A stretch of DNA of 64,000 nt from Haliotis rufescens (Eukaryota): NCBI RefSeq assembly GCF_023055435.1, contig NW_025964334.1, positions 15,376,001 through 15,440,000 of the forward strand, written 5' to 3'. Both the position numbers and the translations under genes were made by a program. Under the pieces are notes generated by a model. That model was not told where the DNA came from. It worked only from the letters and a program-made list of their open reading frames with translations, and made no database searches. The number at the start of each line of letters is the position of its first letter. Position 1 is the stretch's first letter. Positions 37,566 to 50,758 of this stretch are shown here, one piece after another.

Positions 37566-38913
37566 ATGGAAATTTGGTCCATTAACAGTCATTATTATGA
37601 TATCATGTGGTTTATTTCCAAAGGAATCTATTTTTTTAATTCTAGTTTTGATTTTCTGTGCAAGATTTTTTTATGTTCACCCCTCGTATTATTTCTTTTG
37701 TGAAGAGTTGAAAAGCTTTTATGTATCTATAGAAATGACATGAGGATACTTGCCCAAACAAGCCATGTTCTTGTCAATTTCATGCTGATTACATTTTGTC
37801 ACCTAATTATCCATATCTTAATGTGTCATTATCTTTATGCATGAAAACATTTTCTAAACACCTTGACTGCGAACCAAGCTGTTATGACTCCACGACATGA
37901 TCTCTTCCGCACTGACCAGGCCCATTTCACAGTCCCCTTTATATCAGTAATGCGTATATCACATGAAATGGACGACTCACTTGTAAACAATGTGAATATA
38001 GTGTCGTTATTGCCTAGGTGGGTAGTAACAGTAGGTGGCAGTTGTTCATTTCACCATGTATATATCACACTGGTGTACATTTCACTGTGGCGACAGTGTT
38101 GTGGATTTCAGGTGTGGTGCGGGTGCGGGTCTACAAGTGTACCAGTTCATGTCATTACATACCATAATTGACAGTGATGAAGAACCTATTTCACCCACTC
38201 GATGACAGTTTATGAAACAAACTGGTCATTGGGTGAATGGTGTGTTTATTTAATTGGGTTTTTGAGGCCCATTTCGGCAGGAAGTCACGATGAATGAAAT
38301 GGATATCCCTGTTGTATTTCGCCTGTGTCCTTTTGTCCATCATGTCTTGGGTGCAGCGCATGTCCCTAGCTACAACCCACTGTGAAATATACATCTGGTG
38401 AATCTCGCCAATATCGCAATTTCAATATAAACAGCTGTTCAAAACTTTTCCAACCTGGTAGAAATCTATAGCAGTGTGTGAGCAGACATATTCCACAAGC
38501 TCTTGTGAGAAAATGGAGTCAATTTCACTTGTGGTACATACCTACCAGTATACGATCAATTCTAAAGGCAAGCTATTATTGGTAGCATCAATGAATATAT
38601 CCATTATGCATATAGGAATAAAGTTGGTGTGTTAAAGGCCTTTCATCCTTCTTGTCACAATGGCTTGGGATGAAAGAATAACTAAGTGTAAAATTTTGAA
38701 AACAAGTCATTAGGATTTATTGTCAACCTTTCAGAATGACCTTGTGGCTGTTTTGTTTAGGTTTGATTTCTTTATAATTCTGCCCATAGTCCTGCATTCA
38801 ATGTGTCCAATGATGGGAAATTAACAACTCTTTTGTGAGGCCAATGAGTCATATTTGAATCAAATCCCTGTACATTTCTGAAACTGACGATGGTATGTAT
38901 GTTACATAGATCA

Positions 38914-39066
38914 GGGGGCGGTCGGGTAGCCTGGTGGTTAGCTCGTCACGCCGAAGACCCGGGTTCGATTCCCAACATGGGTACAATGTGTGAAGCCCAT
39001 TTTTGATGTCCCCTGCCATGATATTGCTGGAATATTGCTAAAAGCGGCGTAAAACCATACTCACTC
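38914..39066 (+). mobile_element. Family A tRNA-SINE
   Basis: Family A consensus; flanked by acatagatc at 38904-38912 and 39067-39075. Confidence 0.95.
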
Positions 39067-39077
39067 ACATAGATCGG

Positions 39078-39344
39078 GACCTGTGAAGGTCTGGGGTAGA
39101 ATAGGTCTTCAGCAACCCATGCTTGCCGTAAAATGCAACTATGCTTGTCGTAAGAGGCAACTAACAGGATCGGGTGGTCAGGCTTGCTGACTTGGTTGAT
39201 GCATGTCATCGTGTCCCAATTGCGCAGATCGATGCTCATGATGTCAATCACTGGATTGTCTGATCCAGACTCGATTATTTACAGACCACCGTCATACAGC
39301 TGGAAAATTGCTGAGTGTGGCATTAAACAACAAACATCCAAACA
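39078..39344 (+). mobile_element. Family B element, full length
   Basis: Starts acctgtgaaggtctggggtagaatagg; TSD acatagatcgg (39067-39077, 39345-39355). Confidence 0.95.
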
Positions 39345-42300
39345 ACATAGATCGGATGTCGTATATGGAATATTGTAAGAGGTTTCTGTTCGACTGCCAG
39401 CCATCGAGAGACACAGCCTCAGAATTTACGTCCCAGAGTCAACTGTAATAATTCATTTAAATGATAAAACTCGAGTTAAAACAAACTCATTGCAGTTTTG
39501 TTCAAAGCAAATCCAACATTATTAGATGTTATGTTAGCAAAGAGATGTATTGCACCCTGATTTACTATTTTGATGTTGACAGTCGATTTCTTGAAATTGT
39601 CTTTATTTGTCAGATTGAGTCCAAAGGGCTGCTGTTATGCTTGGGAGGTAATCCTTTGTCAAACATAAAGGTTGTATATAGCATTTATACAACGTAATGT
39701 GCAAAGATATTTGATAGAAATCAATATCAATTTCGGATCGTCAGTTTCAAAATGGCGTCAATTTCAGTACCAGATATACAGGGGTGCTCCAAGTAAATGA
39801 CAATTTCTCGGTTGTGTGTAAGTTTCATGTAGCTAAGTGGCGTTAGGCATAAAATATACTCATCAATTTCAAGGCTCGTCAGTTTGGGCATGCGTCTATA
39901 CATCAGCACTCAATACAGGTATGCCAAGGGAAGTGAGCAGGACGCACAGAGATGAGGCTATCTCGTTAAAGGCAGGTTTCAGACAGACTGGCTCCTTGGA
40001 GAAGTCACAGATTGCCGTGTACATTGCTAGTCACGTAACACTCCTTTCTTATCGCCATGCTTATTGCAGTTAGCCTCTGTGGTCCTAGCTGTGTAAACTG
40101 CTGTAGACAACACTTGGATCACTTCAAGGGACGTCAGTCATGCACAAATCAACTTCTTGTCTTTAATCTACAACAAAGGCTTTAATTTCATTTAAGTATG
40201 TTTCAATGAAAATTCAGTTTGTGTTGATAATGAATGTTTTAAAGATTAATTTTTCTTAAATTTAAGATTGAGAAAAATCTTTTTTTATTTTTTATAAAAA
40301 AAAATAATCTACTACACTGACTTTAATTTAATTTAAATATGGTTTCATGAAATTTCAGTTTGTGTTGATTACAGATGTTTTGAAATTTGATTTTAGATAA
40401 AGATTCCAGATTTAGGAAAATCTTATTGTTTCTTTCATTTGGTTAAGGTGACACATGTTTTAAACTTTGTTACATGAGGATTGAAATGAGAGCTATTTTT
40501 AAAATTTAAGAGACCTCATATTTGAGTTTTCAGTATTTAGAGTTAGAAATCTGGTAATCTTTTTCTTTGTGTATTTCACAAAGAATTCGACTGCAGTCAT
40601 TGTGTCGGCTAAAGACTGAAATATTTGACACCGAATCCTGCTTTTTCTTTCCCCTTTTTTCCCCGTTTCCTGAATTTAAAAAAAGGGTTTTATTTCAACT
40701 TCTGTTTCTTTTCATTATGGAAACAAAGGGATTTCAGTGATGTCAGAGTGAGGTGCTGGACGACGTCAACTATCACATGACAAAGAAAGTTCCCAGCACC
40801 AGTTCCCTTGCATTATTCTTTGAATTAGGAGAAAATCTCTAATTTCATTGTCTGCAAGCCTAAAATCCAAGTTCCTGGTTCCAAATTTACCGTAATCCTG
40901 ATTAGACAGAGTAGCGAAGAAGTCCCTAGGCCCACACAGAGGTGTGTCTATCATAGAGCTGTCACAAATGTCACTCACTTTGTGTAATTAACATGAAAAA
41001 GATGTGAAATCAACGACTTAATGCAAAACTAGGTCCTCGACGTTCCTTTCACTGGAGTTGCGTTTGAAATTGGAATTGCATATTTTGAAGTTGAACATTT
41101 TCCTAAATTAGCTGGAGAAGAATGATTATGTAAGATTTTTAAATAACTTTGCATGTTGGTTGACAATGACCAATAATTGATTTGTAAAGAGACAATAACA
41201 AATTTGGTGGAGTTGAAATTAAGGGGTTTATAATGTAATTTACATGGGGCCAGAGCCCTTGTTTCTACTAGCACACAGACTACACCAAAGAGCAGGGATT
41301 GATGGGCTTTTGAATTTCATTACAGCCGAAGATTCAGGTCTGCTGGCTGTGTCAGTTTTAATAGTCCGAGCACTTCATAATTAGCCACTTTTAATTAAAT
41401 TGTTCATTGCATCACAAAGCACTTTGGCCCCAGTGAAAGTTGCAACCTTTCTGGAGGTAAAAGCATGTCAATTTCACTCACGCTTCGCTCCCCCTTTGAA
41501 CTCAGGGTTGAAACATACAATTACTCATGTCAAGCATCAACTTGAAATTGAACACCTGTACATTTCACCTGAAATTAACGACTGGTCATTGGGGAAGTAA
41601 ATACAGGAATTTTGTCGCAAACCTTCTCCCTTATAGGGCATGTAATTATAGAAGTACATCGTAAATTACACCTTAAACTGCCCCCTGTATTTATTTTAAC
41701 TCCGGGGGACAGTAAAATTGAGACTGAAGGTCTTCGGTTAAAATCCCTTCTTCTCATCAATTCACTAGATAATAGACAAGCGGAATCTGCAAGTGATCGG
41801 CAATGCCTGCAAGAGACAGATCGGGCTTGTCTACTGCATGTCCATTTCGCTCTTCATTTTGTAGATTGCAGTCTGTCCGCTCCATTCATTACATCCTTGA
41901 TACCCCCGGGGCCTTTAATTACTAGACACAAGACTGATTACATAACTGTGAAAATTGTAGGTTTACTTAAATACTTTGAACTGTCAAAGGTCAACCAATG
42001 ATGCCTCATTAATTAAGTTGGAAAGAAAGTAAATCCATAAAAATTATAAGAGGTTCTTCCAATAAACTCCCTGCTTTTCAGAATTTCAGTGGGCGACGTG
42101 TCTTGTGGTTCCTTTGATAAGAACATCAATGGGGGACAAGATGAAGATAAATACCTCAGTAAAGTAGATGTTATTTGGCCAAAGAAGCAGTTTTGCGTTT
42201 TCAAGATCAAAGATTTCAAGATACACTGAAAACTAAATTTGCCATTTTTTCATGTTTAAATGGTCTACTTGAAGGTGCCATAGCCACAAACGAATTAAAA

Positions 42301-44173
42301 TGTCTACCGGTTGTTAGGTTCCATTGCAGGGAAAGCATTGATGCTGGGACCATTGAAGTGTGTGTCTGGAAGTGTTTCATGCTCCGCTTGGAAATTATCA
42401 ATTTGGTGCCATGTGTTTGTCATTACAAAAAGATATTCTCTTGTTTTGAGAAAATTGAATTAAGTATTTTGTTATCCAAACATGGTTTTGAAGGAGGGGA
42501 GGCTATTACACTTGACTAGAAAAGTATCATGTTATGCATGTTGGTGTTCTGAAATGACAAGCTTCATTTGGAAATATAGTTCCTGGAACCGAGATTGTAA
42601 AGAGTTTGGTGTTAAAGTCAAAGTTATTCTTTCAGTGATTGTCATTTAGGCTTTGAATATGATGAAAACACATAATGAAATTAAATACATTGATTTGATA
42701 TTTATCAAATATTTATGTAAAGTCAGTTGTGTTGTTTAACAACCCTGAAAATGGAATTATCTTGTTATGGAATTAAAATACAATATTACAAGATATATTT
42801 AATTTAATCTGAGTCTGATATGAAATGTCATTAAACAATAGGTTTATGTAATGTTTGTTTCCTTTTCAACAGAAGACAAATATCAACGAGGATGAACCCA
42901 ATATAATTTGGTACTCAATTTGTATAGCATCTGTTCTCAACCCTATTAGTTCAACCATACTGCACTTAAATGAAATATTTCTGATTTAATGAAGCCTGAA
43001 TGACAATTACATTATCTGAGCTTACCCATTTCTGCTTCCATAATGCAGAGAGCTCACACTAAGGGGAGATAACAAGTACAGATGTTGGCTTCAGACCAGA
43101 TGGGACGAGGGTGATTGGTTCAGGGTGAATTATCATTGACAAGAGTGTTTATTTGATTTGATAGATCTGTATTGTGCTAAAAGGACTCTGAATAGAATGT
43201 CCAGTCTCCTGAATAGGCGCCTGTCCACTATGCTTGACCAGTGCCTACTCAAAGAGGGATAATCTAAGATTAATTAGATAAGGAGCTTAGATTCAGATGA
43301 GGGTGGCTTTGATGTTCAATGTTTGAGAGCAGTCATGTGGAAGATAGTATCTCTGTCGGTGTGAGCCGTCTGGGCACAAGTGATCTTGTTGTTATTTGTC
43401 TCAGTTTGGTTAAGACAGTTCTATGATTTTAATCTCAAATATACCAAATTTTGACAGGATAATCAGTTTGACCGTTTTTAAATGTTTAAAGCACAGATGG
43501 ACAAACTTTTCGAAATGGTTTAATTTAGTCTGGAGATTTTATCATTTTGAAGACGTTGACAGAAAGAAATAGAATGCACAGGCTTAAATTATCTCCATAA
43601 TAAAGGTCTTTGATGGCAAGAGCTACTTGGTTTATTTGTATGACAAGACAATTATTACATCATGCCAATGAATAAAGTAGTTACATATCTGTAGACATGT
43701 TAGAAAAAATACAATTTTCGCAGTCATGCTTATGCTAATGTCATTTTCATAACCAACATAATTCTTGTCATTCTTTGGAATGTAAATGTAGTGTTCCCCA
43801 CAAAACTAGTTATTCATGCAATATGTTAAATGGTGAGGCTGGTGAGACAGCACACATGGCATCGTATCCCGACATGTTGGAGGGAGAAAAATATCTGAAA
43901 TGTCCATTTATTCTTTACATCTTCCATTCAGGTTTTCTTTCAACAAAGAAATAAAAATGTCGGGCCTGACACTGAAATAAAAATTCTCCAAGTGAAATAT
44001 ACATGACATACACATCGAAATTATCCTTATCTCAAATGCTATAGGTCACACCAGACACATTTATTTTTCAGATTCACTATATGGTTTCTTATCATTTAAT
44101 GGCCATGTTTTTTGCAGTCGGTGCTGACAGCAACATTTTAATCAATTACCAGTATTCAGTGATTTCACACGTA

Positions 44174-44522
44174 CCATATTCGACGTAATAAGCGCCAAGG
44201 GCGCTCTCAAAATTAGAAATAAGGGGCTCTTATTAGAATATAATTTTGGTGAAAGAGTCGAAAGATCGTAAATTTTATGGTTTCTGCTGACAGCCTGAAA
44301 TGATACAAAAGAAAAGTCTGTGTGTATTATACCTGACAGATATATTTTACAGAATTTAATTGCCCGTAATTAAGGGTGCATATAACACACGAGTGCGTAT
44401 TATACACGAATAAATGTACACGAATTGTGTACATTGATCAGTCGGAAGGGTGCTAATTGGGATTGTTCACTAACCAATATATTGGCAAATATCGCCGTGG
44501 GCGCTTATTACGTCGAATACAG
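44174..44522. mobile_element. Tc1/mariner (pogo-like) MITE, ~30-bp TIRs, TA TSD
   Basis: ta|ccatattcgacgtaataagcgcc... and ...ggcgcttattacgtcgaatacag|ta. Confidence 0.85.
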
Positions 44523-46734
44523 TATATTGAGGTGTGTAAGCAAATGGCAGATCACTAATGTCTCCCTGCCAACAATATGGAGACACTCTTGGTTCAATAG
44601 AAATATAAAAATATCAAACATATGTGTATAATGCATATATTGCAGTTTAGATTGGATTTATTTATATTGTATTTTTTTTTAAATAATTCCCGAAAACACA
44701 TTTAGTGCTGTAAATCTATTTAAAAACTACACCAATTGATGATGATGATAGTTGTTCTCATTTCAATTCTCTTTCACTCCCTTTAACTGCGGAAGTACAC
44801 CGTTGATGTCATCACAAATCTGAAAATGCCACCCTGCACGGAATTGGCTGGAAGAATTGCGAAATGTACTTGGGTCATTTTTATCACATAACTCCCAGCA
44901 GTTAAAGTCATTTGACAGCCTTAGGTTGGATCATTTAAGTTGTTTTGGTACTCGTGTGATGAGATCATTTCCACATCTCTGACCAGTGTGTGTTTATGGT
45001 CCTTCGTAATGGGTCTCTTTTTGACAGATTTTCCTCTTAATTTGAAGACTAATTCGGAAATACATGTATAAGAAATGAAGCAAATGTTGATGCAAACAAT
45101 TTTGTAGTCATTGTGACAAATATTATTCAATTTGCCTCTATAAATAAGATCAAACTTGATTCCACGGTCTCTAAGTTTGCTTATAATAAGATTATGCTGG
45201 GCTTTCAGAGTATAAAAAACTAACATGAAATGTATTGGAATTTGATCAGTTTCCAAAATCCGATTACTCCAAACAAGTGAAGTGTTATAATTTGTTCCAA
45301 AAGGCTAGGGTATGTAAAACTGCCAATTTGCTTTGAACTTGATCTGTCCGCTGAAAAGAATTAGCAAAAAATATCTCCAATGAAGAGGCTTGGTTGTTAT
45401 TGACTTAAAACGCTATTGGCCTAGTCCATTAGGATGTGCCGTTAGTCGCTCGACTGACGCAAAACATGCGTGAATAGATTTTAATACAGACAAGATTTGT
45501 CCAAGAAAATTGAAAATTAGGTTATTGATGGAGGAAAAATGATAAATCAATACTAGTCGAAGGAAAATATTTGAGTTATCTTTCGTTACAAACGAGATGA
45601 AAATTACCTGACAGAATACACGTTTCCATCCTGCATTTATTCACAGCAGACAAGAAAGATGGTGGTATGGCAAGGTTCAATTGACCTGGCTCTTTTGCAA
45701 GATTGACTCAGAAACTGATCGAAACACATTTGTTTTTTTCCGAAATGGACATCAATGTTTGTGAAATGGACGTCAGTTTCCGTGACATGGACATGCACAC
45801 TTTGCAAAAATGGACATGTATTTTTATCTTTGTTGGTTAATTTAATTGCACAGCCATGACAACACTGGCTAACACTGTCGAAATTTGATTTCTTCCAAGT
45901 TTCTAGAAGCGATCACGCCCAAGAGAGCATGATTACCCATAATGCTGTGTCATGGAGGAAATCGTGGACTGGCCTCTCGTTCCAACACACCTGCTTTGGG
46001 CTCAATGAAACGTCAAGCTGTGCCATCGTTTTCTTCCTTCACATCAGGAAACTCATCTTCTGTGAGAAACCTCGCGAAAACATCAGGTGCAAAATTAGCT
46101 TTCCAGTCCGGACAGTTTTTCTTCATTTTCTGTTAAGATTCCAAAAAGGCATTTTTGTTGTGAAATAAGATCCAATTTCTTTGTATATTGGATAAATGGT
46201 ATTAAATGAATGCTTCTGTGATTAAAGCTCAAGCAGTTCATCTCAATATGATGTTTTTCTACGATAATCTCGTCGTTTCCTCTAAGCAGTGTTCTAATTG
46301 ACACTGATATTGGTTTGAATTTTTTTCTTTCTCTTTGACGTCTTTGACGTTGTACATTTTTGCCAATATAAGAATTTTTATGTTGCTTTAGCACTTTTTA
46401 CTGTTTAGAGCTCATTTTTTTGGCGAGCAGATGTGAACTGAGCGCTCCGGGCACTGGAACTGGTTTCCGTAGACCAGGATTGTTGGTGTTGTCGCTTCAA
46501 AGCTCTTGAATCTTCAGTATGGAGCTCATTTACAAATGAGTAAATTCTCCAGCAGATATTTCTAGTTGATCACCTCTCAGTGGTGTGCTTGTTTGAGATC
46601 AGGGTAATCTGTATTGTTCTGATGAGTATCAGTTACTCCATTATGATTTGGTGTGCTGCCTCACCCACCCAGCTGCCGCCCACAACCGTGAACCCAGCTG
46701 TCACTCTGCTTCCTACTCAACAGGGCACAGCACC

Positions 46735-48063
46735 CTCTACCCTCACCATGTCCACCCCTCCCCTCACCATGTCCATCCCCTCCCCTGACCATGTCCACCT
46801 TCTGCCCTCACCATGTCCATCCCAACCGTCACCATGTCCACCCCACCCGTCACCATGTCCACCCCCAACCCCTCACCATGTCCACCTCCATCCCTCACCA
46901 TGTTCTCCCACCCCTTACCATGTCCATCCCACCCCTCACCATGTCCACCCCCACCCCTCACCATGTTCTCCCACCCCTCACCATGTCCGACCCCACCCGT
47001 CACCATGTTCTCCCACCCCTCACCATGTCCACCCCCACCCGTCACCATGTCCACCCCCACCCCTCACCATGTCCACCTCCATCCCTCACCATGTTCTCCC
47101 ACCCCTCACCATGTCCATCCCAACCGTCACCATGTCCACCCCACCCGTCACCATGTCCACCCCCAACCCCTCACCATGTCCACCTCCACCCCTCACCATG
47201 TCCATCCCACCCCTCACCATGTCCACCCCCACCCGTCACCATGTCCACCCCCAAACCCTCACCATGTCCACCTCCACCCCTCACCATGTTCTCCCACCCC
47301 TCACCATGTCCGACCCCACCCGTCACCATGTTCTCCCACCCCTCACCATGTCCACCCCCACCCGTCACCATGTCCACCCCCACCCCTCACCATGTCCACC
47401 TCCATCCCTCACCATGTTCTCCCACCCCTCACCATGTCCACCCCCACCCCTCACCATGTCCACCTCCACCCCTCACCATGTCCACCCCCACTCCTCAACA
47501 TGTCCACTCCCACCCCTCACCATGTCCACCCCCTCCCCTCACCATGTCCTCCCCAACCCCTCACCATTACCACCCCCACCCCTCAACATGTCCACCTCCA
47601 CCCCTCACCATGTCCACCTCCACCCCTCACCATGTCCACCCCCACCCCTCAACATGTCCACCTCCACCCCTCACCATGTCCACCCCCACCCCTCAACATG
47701 TCCACCCCCACCCCTCACCATGTCCACCCCCACCCCTCAACATGTCCACCTCCACCCCTCACCATGTCCACCCCCACCCCTCACCATGTCCACCCACCCC
47801 TCACCATGTCCACCCACCCCTCACAATGTCCACCCCCACCCCTCACCGTGTCCACCCCCTCCCCTCACTATGTCCACCTCCAGCCCTCCCAATGTCCACC
47901 TCCACCCCTCACCATGTCCACCCTTCCCCATGTCCACCCCCCACCCCTCACCATGTCCACCCTTCCCCATGTCCACCCCCCACCCTTCACCATGTCCACC
48001 CTTCCCCATGTCCACCCCCTCCCCTCACCATGTCCACCCCTCAGCATGTCCACCCCAACCATG
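46735..48063. repeat. C-rich minisatellite, ~18-22 bp unit (ccctcaccatgtccaccccca)
   Basis: Direct repeats; all three + frames are open and give low-complexity P/H/T peptides. Confidence 0.96.
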
Positions 48064-48645
48064 TCTCTGTTGTGTTGACATAGATTTTTCCACATATGAA
48101 GGAAATAATGACATGATCTGAGGTGACCCTCCAATAAACTTAATGATGTTTATATTCTATCATTTTCTTCATCTCAATATTATTCTGCCGATATCAGAGT
48201 TTCAAATTAAATGATTTTCTGATTGTATATTGATTATATCAAAAACAATTTCCTCTGATATATTTTGCCCTCTTTCACCAGGAACCTATTAGAGATGATG
48301 TATGTAATCTCAAACAGTACTTTGCACACTAAAGGTTATAGTGTTCCTATGCCAACACAACTTAGTAAATGCAAGGGAGTTTAAAATTCCTAAAGTTACA
48401 TTAAAAATTGTGCAGTAAGAATTACCTTGCAACCAATGTTCAAATGTCAATTGTTTGATAGGTTTTTCTTTTTCGGTAGAAAGCTGATTTAAAATCGGTC
48501 TCATGAGATGCTAAATTGGCATTGTGTCTTGGATGTGTGTTTCAACCCTAGCCTGCAGTGTTATAGAGGGAAATGTACTCACAGACATGTTGTGGCCATC
48601 TATGGCTTGTGAGATCCTCTGCCAGCTATGTGTGAATACCTGCAG

Positions 48646-48710
48646 TGTCTGTCTGAATGTCTGTTGTGTCTGTCTGAATGTCTGTTGTGTCTGTCTGATT
48701 GTCTGTTGTG
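48646..48710. repeat. 21-bp tandem repeat x3 (gtgtctgtctgaatgtctgtt)
   Basis: Direct reading. Confidence 0.85.
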
Positions 48711-50320
48711 TATATGTATATAATAAAACTAAACAAAATCTAGTTTCCTTGATCCCACAGAAACAGCAGAAAGATTCTTATTAAGACAAAAAAATACAAT
48801 TTGTTTAAAGAAATGTTTTCATAGACTAAGTGTTAGAATAATGGCAGTTGTGCCTGTGTTAGTGTCTGTGGTGAAGGCAACAGTGTTTTGGCTTGTGTCT
48901 GCATCTTCATATCACAGTTTTAGAGGGTTTGGCATTCCCAACACCTGGTGGTATCAGGCCTAGGCTGTCCTAAACAAACTGGCCACGTCACAACGAGTCC
49001 TACGACAAATCAAACTGTGACCATGGTCTGTTCATGTCAAGACATCGGTCTTACAAACTATCTTCATAACATGACATTGGTCAAAGTATTTTCATGATAG
49101 ATGTTTCCCAATTTCAAATTTTCATGTACTTTATAACACAACAGTTTGGTGGATCACCAGCATTTAGGCAGAGAATATTTCATATCATTCTAGATAGGAA
49201 TTTGATAACAAGATTTTCAAACTGCCTTTGTCTCAAAATCTATGATCACTAGGATTATGTATATGACATGAACATGATCCTGGTGGTAAATATGTACATT
49301 TCAAAATTCACGATTCGAAATTTACATCCGTCAATGTGACACGTATGACTCTTCACATCGCTATGTTATTTTATCGGGGGGGGTGGATTTGTGATCTTGT
49401 GTTGAGTTGACAAATATTTGATGACGGAAATACTTACGGTAAAGCGGGTGGATGGAGATTGACATGAGGAGTGATTTATTACCGGGTGCAATCCACGCTA
49501 GAAACACATCAAGCCATGCTCTTACTTTTGTTTGATCTGTATCAATAAAATCTGTAAACATTCTGTGATAAGTGTTGACAGTGTTTGGGGATCGCAAACA
49601 AGACGGGTGTAGCATTTCCCTATTTGAAATACTAATGTCCCATTCACGAGAAAGGATCGTAGTTTTGGCTTTAAGATCCTGAAAATTCTATTTGCTCATA
49701 TTTTCATACCCAATCCTCTATTTTCACACTTCCTACACTCTAAGCGGAATAACGGATTGATTTTACGGGTAAAAGGGTGCGCTTCTAGTGATGTAAATTG
49801 ATAAACATGCAAAGAGTCAGTTTCCGCTGTGTGATTGTCATTTCCAGATATTTCTCACCTCTGAACACACGTTGTTGTTATTCTAGTCATTCAAACTGTC
49901 ATCTTTAGGAGTGTGTCTTAACGCTGACGGCTATATCTCGGGCAATCTTGTCAATATCACTGATAATGTTACACATATCGCACTCAGATCACATGGTGCT
50001 TCATAATCTACCTTGTATCACTTGTGAATCTTGGGGTGAAGGATTTGAGAAGATTATGAAAAAAACGTTTTTAATGAAGGTGTTGAAATGTTTGGGTTGT
50101 GATACTTGAGATTGTCAGATTGAGAATGACAGGCCTGATGATTTTGATGGCAGATACTGACAAGCTATGTCTGCTAATAAGAATCACTGGTTTTTGGGTT
50201 GAAAATTACACTTTGTTTTTTTAATAATTCACACGTACATTATGAAAGGATGAAAAAAAAATTCTCTTTGTCACATTTATAAAAAAAAGGATATCATTTA
50301 TAATTGAATTCCAGCAATAG

Positions 50321-50322
<2 letters not shown>

Positions 50323-50363
<41 letters not shown>
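50323..50363 (+). repeat. Poly-G tract (~41 nt)
   Basis: Direct reading; homopolymer length may be unreliable. Confidence 0.9.
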
Positions 50364-50364
<1 letters not shown>

Positions 50365-50369
50365 GTTAG

Positions 50370-50502
50370 ATACTGAAAAAACAGAAGTTAGTGATCATGA
50401 AAATATTTTGGGGGATTTTTTTTGTAGTGAAGAATGATGACACAAATTAAGAAAAAATATCCTCCAAAATATTCATAATCCTTAACTTTTTTTGTTCAAT
50501 AT
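50370..50502. mobile_element. ~130-bp palindromic MITE (Tc1-like ends), copy 1
   Basis: atactgaaaaaacagaagttag..aatattttgg pairs with ccaaaatatt..taacttttttttgttcaatat; shares the centre tttgtagtgaaga with 58953-59082. Confidence 0.75.
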
Positions 50503-50596
50503 TTGTGTCATGTAGGTTGTTAAATTATGCATTATGTCATTGAAATGCAATGGAGTGGCTATGGACATGTAATTGTTTATTTCAAGTTGCTGTAGA

Positions 50597-50758
50597 GAGT
50601 TAGTGAGTTTAGTTTTAGTCCACTTTAGACAATGTTAAGACAATGTCAAGGTGGGTGACACCACAAATTGGCTTCACACATTGTACACATGTGGGGAATC
50701 GAACCCAGGCCTTTGGGAAGATGAGCATACACTTCAACCGCTAGGCTACCCCACCTCC
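50597..50758 (-). mobile_element. Diverged family A tRNA-SINE
   Basis: ggcttcacacattgtac, ggaatcgaacc, ctaggctaccc. Confidence 0.88.

Noticed and set aside
46580-48121. 513/430/421-aa Pro/His/Thr-rich ORFs (extensin-like, apparent hydrophobic N-terminus)
   Set aside because: All three frames are open because the C-rich repeat lacks stop codons, and unit lengths are often not multiples of 3. This is a minisatellite, not a gene.
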